DNA of 3,003 nucleotides from Escherichia coli (GTDB lineage Bacteria; Pseudomonadota; Gammaproteobacteria; Enterobacterales; Enterobacteriaceae): NCBI RefSeq assembly GCF_003334385.1, contig NZ_QOWN01000096.1; one strand, 5' to 3'. Shown piece by piece: positions 1 to 3,003 of this stretch (position 1 is its first letter; each line of letters starts with the position of its first letter). The notes under the pieces were generated by a model. It saw only the letters and a program-made list of their open reading frames with translations, ran no database searches and was not told where the DNA came from. The position numbers and the translations under genes were made by a program.

Positions 1-2312
1 TCCACCGTCTGCCGTTCGCCCGTCAGGCGGCCTTTATCGTCATAGCCGTAGTGGACCGCCACACGGTGGCCTTCACTCAGGTGGCTGATTTCTGTCAGCC
101 AGCCGTGGTCGTCATACTGCCACTGCTCCGCCGGTTCACCGTTCACCGTGCGCCGGGTGATACGGTCTGACGCATCGTAATGCCAGAGGGTGATAAGCCC
201 CTCGTCTTCACTCTGCGTGAGTTTTCCGGTCAGGTCATAATGGTAACGTTGCGTCCGCCCGTCAAAGCCGCGCTGTTCAGTCAGCCTGTCCACCGGGTCA
301 TACCGGAACGTGGACTGGCTGCCGTTCTCGTTGGTCAGCACGGTGATGCGCCCGGCAGCGTCATACCCCATGCTGCGCGTCAGACCGCCCTGCGTGGTGC
401 TGATGGCTTTACCCCACGCATCATACTGTGTCTCACTGCGGCTACCGTCCGGGGCAATGATAGCGGTGAGGTCGCCTGCGGTACTGTACTCATAACGGGT
501 CTCCCGCCCCTGCGCATCCTTCTGACTGACCAGTTGCCCACGCGGGTTATAACTGCTGTAAGTGCTGATGCCTTCCTCCCGGTGAACGGCGATTTGTTGA
601 CCGTACCAGTCGTACTCATACCGCGTCGTGTACCCCGAGCAGTCCGTAAAGGCCAGCAGTTGACCGTAACGGCTCCATGCCATCTGTTTTGTACTGCCCG
701 TCGCATCCTCTATCCCTGTCGGCAGCTCACTCGCCGGGTCATCATAGCTGTAACTCGTCGTCTCACCGCTGCGTGAGGTCTCCGCCGCCAGCCTTCCCTT
801 CTCATCATACTCCCGGCTGCTGCGAAGCCCGTCCGGGTACGTCACCGACGTCACCTGCCGCTGGCTGTTATAGCCATACCGTACCGTCCTGCCGTCCGGC
901 CCCGTCACCGCCGTCACCGCACCCGACGCCATATGCAGGCTGTACTCCGTCCGCCGCCCCGCCGCATCCGTCTGCGCCTTCAGCCTCCCCGCCTCATCAT
1001 ACTCGCTGCGGGTGATGCTCCCGTCCGCATGCTCCTTTTTCACCACCCGCTTCAGGCCACCTTCGCCCTCCGTGTACAGCACCTCCCGCCGGTTCAGACT
1101 GTCCGTGATGATTACCCGGCGCTCTCCGTACTCAAAGCGGTAGTCCAGCCCCTCCGGGTTGACCTGCTCCGTCACCCGACCGGTATCATCATACCGGTAG
1201 CGGCTCTCCGGCCTCCCCGCATAATGGTGCGCCACCATCCGCCCGGCGTGCTCCGCATCATAAGTAAACCCGCGAACCTGCGTCCCGCTGCGGTCATACA
1301 CCGCCCGCAGTTCTCCGCTGGCCGTGTACGTGTAGCGCGCCAGCGGCGCAGTCGGCTGTTCATCCGGGTATGCCGGGTCGTGTGTCAGCCATACCGCCTC
1401 CAGCCGGATACCGTTATCGGCACCGTATTCTGTACCGGCGGGCAGCGTGTCGGGGAAAGCTGAAGAAGAAGAGGAAACAGAACGGGGACCGGCCGGAGAA
1501 GATAAGGAAGACTCGCGCTGTTTACGGAAGGCTTCCGCCCGCTGCGCCTGTGTGCTCAGCGCCAGGTGAAAACGGCGACCCGCGCCGTCCGTCACCCTGG
1601 TGATTTCGCCAGCCAGTTCGCCTGCGGCCTCGCGGTGGAAAGCCAGCGTCCGCCCGAAGCCGTCCACCACGCCCGTCAGCACCCGGTATGCGGGCGGCTC
1701 CGGCGGCAGCACCTCGTCCACCTCCGGCACCCGCTCCGGCCAGCTGAGTATCCACCACGGCCCCTGAAGGCTGTTTGCTGCCAGGTACGCATGCGGACTC
1801 AGGCGAACATCTTCCGGCAGCACCTGCCAGAGCGCGCTTAACGGCTGCGAGCTGTGCTGCGTCGCCACCCCGCCCCGCGCCAGCCAGAACGACTCGCTGC
1901 GGCTGTAGCTTATCTCGCCGGGAAACAGCGGCTCAAAGTGAATGCTCCTGCCGCCGCTGTCGTTGAGTATCAGTTCCCGCTCATGAACCTGTAAGCGGAT
2001 ATCGAAGGGCGCTTTCCAGCCGGGACCGAACACCCCCACCGGCGCGGGCGTCCTGGTCCGGTAGCTGCTGTAAGCGCGGGAAAGAATAAACGGCAACGGG
2101 CCGGGCAGCGCAAGGTCCGTCTCGCCCGGCAGCACCTTCGCACCCAGCACCGGGTTCACCGGGTGGCCCTTCTGCTCCTCTATCGGGCTGTTGGGACATA
2201 CCGAGCAGGCCACTCCCGTCGGCGCACCTATCAGCACACCTGCTGAACCCTGCACAATATCCAGTCCCTTGCGGGTCATGTCACCCTGCCGCGCCGCCGG
2301 TTTTCCGCTCAT
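1..2312 (-). CDS. rhs: Rhs family YD-repeat protein, N-terminal ~770 codons; 3' end (C-terminal part of the repeat shell and any toxin tip) lies beyond position 1
   Basis: ATG at 2312..2310 is preceded by AAGGA (2320..2324, 7-nt spacer) and by an in-frame stop at 2316..2318, so it is the 5'-most start. Hand translation gives MSGKPAARQGDMTRKGLDIVQGSAGVLIGAPTGVACSVCPNSPIEEQKGHPVNPVLGAKVLPGETDLALPGPLPFILSRAYSSYRTRTPAPVGVFGPGWKAPFDIRLQVHERELILNDSGGRSIHFEPLFP..., then ...ELAGEITRVTDGAGRRFHL..., ...LSTQAQRAEAFRKQRESSLSSPAGPRSVSSSSSAFPDTLPAGTEYGADNGIRLEAVWLT..., YD motifs such as RYRYDDTGRV (1173..1202) and HYGYDDKGRLTGE (15..53). I scanned every codon of this frame from 3 to 2312 and found no stop. 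The sequence closely resembles enterobacterial (E. coli-type) Rhs N-terminal and core regions as I recall them from memory. Confidence 0.93.
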   Translation of the reverse strand, partial: MSGKPAARQGDMTRKGLDIVQGSAGVLIGAPTGVACSVCPNSPIEEQKGHPVNPVLGAKVLPGETDLALPGPLPFILSRAYSSYRTRTPAPVGVFGPGWKAPFDIRLQVHERELILNDSGGRSIHFEPLFPGEISYSRSESFWLARGGVATQHSSQPLSALWQVLPEDVRLSPHAYLAANSLQGPWWILSWPERVPEVDEVLPPEPPAYRVLTGVVDGFGRTLAFHREAAGELAGEITRVTDGAGRRFHLALSTQAQRAEAFRKQRESSLSSPAGPRSVSSSSSAFPDTLPAGTEYGADNGIRLEAVWLTHDPAYPDEQPTAPLARYTYTASGELRAVYDRSGTQVRGFTYDAEHAGRMVAHHYAGRPESRYRYDDTGRVTEQVNPEGLDYRFEYGERRVIITDSLNRREVLYTEGEGGLKRVVKKEHADGSITRSEYDEAGRLKAQTDAAGRRTEYSLHMASGAVTAVTGPDGRTVRYGYNSQRQVTSVTYPDGLRSSREYDEKGRLAAETSRSGETTSYSYDDPASELPTGIEDATGSTKQMAWSRYGQLLAFTDCSGYTTRYEYDWYGQQIAVHREEGISTYSSYNPRGQLVSQKDAQGRETRYEYSTAGDLTAIIAPDGSRSETQYDAWGKAISTTQGGLTRSMGYDAAGRITVLTNENGSQSTFRYDPVDRLTEQRGFDGRTQRYHYDLTGKLTQSEDEGLITLWHYDASDRITRRTVNGEPAEQWQYDDHGWLTEISHLSEGHRVAVHYGYDDKGRLTGERQTV
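1461..1511 (-). other. Ser-rich low-complexity linker within Rhs (SSLSSPAGPRSVSSSSS), between the N-terminal domain and the YD-repeat region
   Basis: Hand translation of 1461..1511. On the plus strand the tract reads tga aga aga aga gga, i.e. a short AGA/GGA trinucleotide run. Confidence 0.6.
2196..2303 (-). other. PAAR-like motif region at the Rhs N-terminus (residues ~4-39)
   Basis: KPAARQGDMTRKGLDIVQGSAGVLIGAPTGVACSVC resembles a single PAAR repeat unit (P-A-A-R-x-G-D followed by a G/V/I-rich strand segment). There is no long hydrophobic transmembrane-like stretch in the first ~150 residues. Confidence 0.45.
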
Positions 2313-2319
2313 GGTTTAT

Positions 2320-2324
2320 TCCTT
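2320..2324 (-). promoter_or_regulatory. Shine-Dalgarno sequence for rhs (AAGGA, 7-nt spacer to ATG)
   Basis: Minus-strand sequence reads aaaggaataaaccATG directly upstream of the rhs start. Confidence 0.7.
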
Positions 2325-2388
2325 TTCTTTTACCTTACATGGCCATACAAATAGTTACCTATACTGTCTTTGAATATTGCCCTACCAT

Positions 2389-2838
2389 TTAAAGCCCACC
2401 TATTTTTTGCGACAGCAAAGGGATTTCTTTTTTAATCCAATCTATCATTTCATTTTTTTCAAAACACACGTTAATGCCATTCACACTTCCACACTCACCA
2501 AAAGCATCAAAATAAATTTCACATTTATTATTACCTTTCGAAATGATACTAACCCCCCATCTTATATTGTTATATTTTTCTTTTCTGAAATACTTCATTT
2601 GCAATAAATCAATTATCTTACCAGCATAAAGATCGCTAATTTCATTCACCACCACTTTATATCTGTATATTTCATTAAGACCTTCCTTGCTAAGCGGAAC
2701 TAACGTGGTAACATACGATGGAAGATTAATTATCTCTATCGTTTTCACGCTATCTATTCCACACAATTCATTCACTCGCTCCATCCCCAATACCGAACCA
2801 GAAAATAGAGACAATAAAACCATCAAATATTTCATCAT
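2389..2838 (-). CDS. Hypothetical small exported protein (149 aa) with predicted Sec signal peptide and four Cys in the mature part; AT-rich, likely horizontally acquired
   Basis: This is the ATG-initiated part of the track ORF 2389..2931. Tandem ATG ATG at 2838..2833 is preceded by GAGG (2845..2848, 6-nt spacer); the stop is TAA at 2391..2389. Protein: MMKYLMVLLSLFSGSVLGMERVNELCGIDSVKTIEIINLPSYVTTLVPLSKEGLNEIYRYKVVVNEISDLYAGKIIDLLQMKYFRKEKYNNIRWGVSIISKGNNKCEIYFDAFGECGSVNGINVCFEKNEMIDWIKKEIPLLSQKIGGL. The N-terminus has a basic residue followed by a 14-residue hydrophobic stretch and a plausible V-L-G cleavage site. A 150-codon ORF in ~30% GC DNA is very unlikely by chance. I do not recognise a homologous family. 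Confidence 0.7.
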   Translation of the reverse strand: MMKYLMVLLSLFSGSVLGMERVNELCGIDSVKTIEIINLPSYVTTLVPLSKEGLNEIYRYKVVVNEISDLYAGKIIDLLQMKYFRKEKYNNIRWGVSIISKGNNKCEIYFDAFGECGSVNGINVCFEKNEMIDWIKKEIPLLSQKIGGL

Positions 2839-2844
2839 AAAAAA

Positions 2845-2848
2845 CCTC
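2845..2848 (-). promoter_or_regulatory. Shine-Dalgarno sequence for the small exported-protein ORF (GAGG, 6-nt spacer)
   Basis: Minus-strand sequence reads gtGAGGttttttATGATG. Confidence 0.55.
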
Positions 2849-2908
2849 ACTATTCTGGCGTACCCGTTATTTTCATCGTCTGCAACGGTCCATCCACCCA
2901 GGGCAAGA

Positions 2909-3003
2909 TTACGAAAGCCCGCACCCCGCAAGGACTGACGCCAGATAGTTTCTGTCCATGGCTGCTTTTCGCATCTTACGTCTTAACCCTGCCTTGAATA
3001 CCT
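2909..3003 (-). CDS. Possible 3' end (last 31 codons) of an unidentified upstream gene; start beyond window
   Basis: The minus-strand frame is open from the window edge to TAA at 2911..2909 and encodes ...[30 protein letters not shown]. Composition is GC-normal, unlike the adjacent AT-rich segment. An open stretch of 31 codons can arise by chance (roughly 1 in 4), so this is weak. Confidence 0.2.
   Translation of the reverse strand, partial: VFKAGLRRKMRKAAMDRNYLASVLAGCGLS

Noticed and set aside
180-1966. Plus-strand track ORFs 180..776, 310..495, 677..1015, 933..1463, 1370..1603, 1566..1841 and 1775..1966
   Set aside because: They are antisense to the verified rhs frame and their translations are Pro/Arg/Ala-rich low-complexity strings with no start context, which is what open frames in GC-rich coding DNA look like by chance.
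380-2199. Minus-strand track ORFs 380..706, 1172..1363, 1522..1758 and 1981..2199
   Set aside because: They are out-of-frame overlaps inside the continuous rhs reading frame and give Arg/Gly-rich nonsense translations; the rhs frame (codons at 3k..3k+2) is the only one open across the whole span.
2389-2838. Small ORF as an Eag/DUF1795-type or DUF4123 chaperone for Rhs
   Set aside because: Its size (~150 aa) and position fit, but the predicted start gives a classic signal peptide, whereas those chaperones are cytoplasmic. The Rhs N-terminus also lacks the transmembrane helices that Eag chaperones bind, and the composition differs sharply from rhs.
2371-2872. Possible direct or inverted repeats flanking the AT-rich segment (tattgccctacc near 2375 against tattctggcgtaccc near 2851)
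   Set aside because: The similarity is short and gapped and is not distinguishable from chance by eye; I cannot support a target-site duplication or IS terminal repeat.
2839-2931. N-terminal extension of the small ORF to the TTG at 2931, as drawn in the ORF track (180 aa)
   Set aside because: The extension lies in GC-normal DNA, whereas the ATG ATG at 2838 has a GAGG at proper spacing and coincides with the compositional switch. The extension also overlaps the alternative upstream frame that ends at 2909. It cannot be fully excluded; it would make the protein a membrane-anchored form.
2191-2938. Plus-strand track ORFs 2191..2373, 2377..2607 and 2687..2938
   Set aside because: They are antisense to the rhs start region and to the better-supported minus-strand small ORF, with no convincing ribosome-binding sites; the Ile/Phe-rich translations reflect AT-rich antisense sequence.
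1-3003. tRNA/rRNA genes, CRISPR repeats, transposase or integrase genes
   Set aside because: I saw no cloverleaf-compatible sequence, no regularly spaced direct repeats, and no ORF with transposase-like features.

Overview
The window is dominated by the 5' portion of a large Rhs / YD-repeat protein gene on the minus strand. Its start codon is at 2312 and it runs off the window at position 1, about 770 codons. I checked this frame by hand across the whole span and found no in-frame stop. The region is GC-rich: hand counts on sampled 60-nt lines give about 65%. Directly upstream on the same strand lies a roughly 540-bp AT-rich segment (about 27-35% GC in sampled lines). It contains a 149-codon ORF (2389..2838) with a good ribosome-binding site, predicted to encode a small exported protein with an N-terminal signal peptide and four cysteines. 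Beyond about 2850 the composition returns to GC-normal, and an open minus-strand frame ending at 2909 may be the 3' end of another gene. I found no tRNA/rRNA, CRISPR array or recognisable IS element. The main candidate for novelty is the AT-rich secreted-protein gene sitting just upstream of rhs. All identifications rest on reading the sequence and on recalled knowledge of enterobacterial Rhs proteins; no database search was run.
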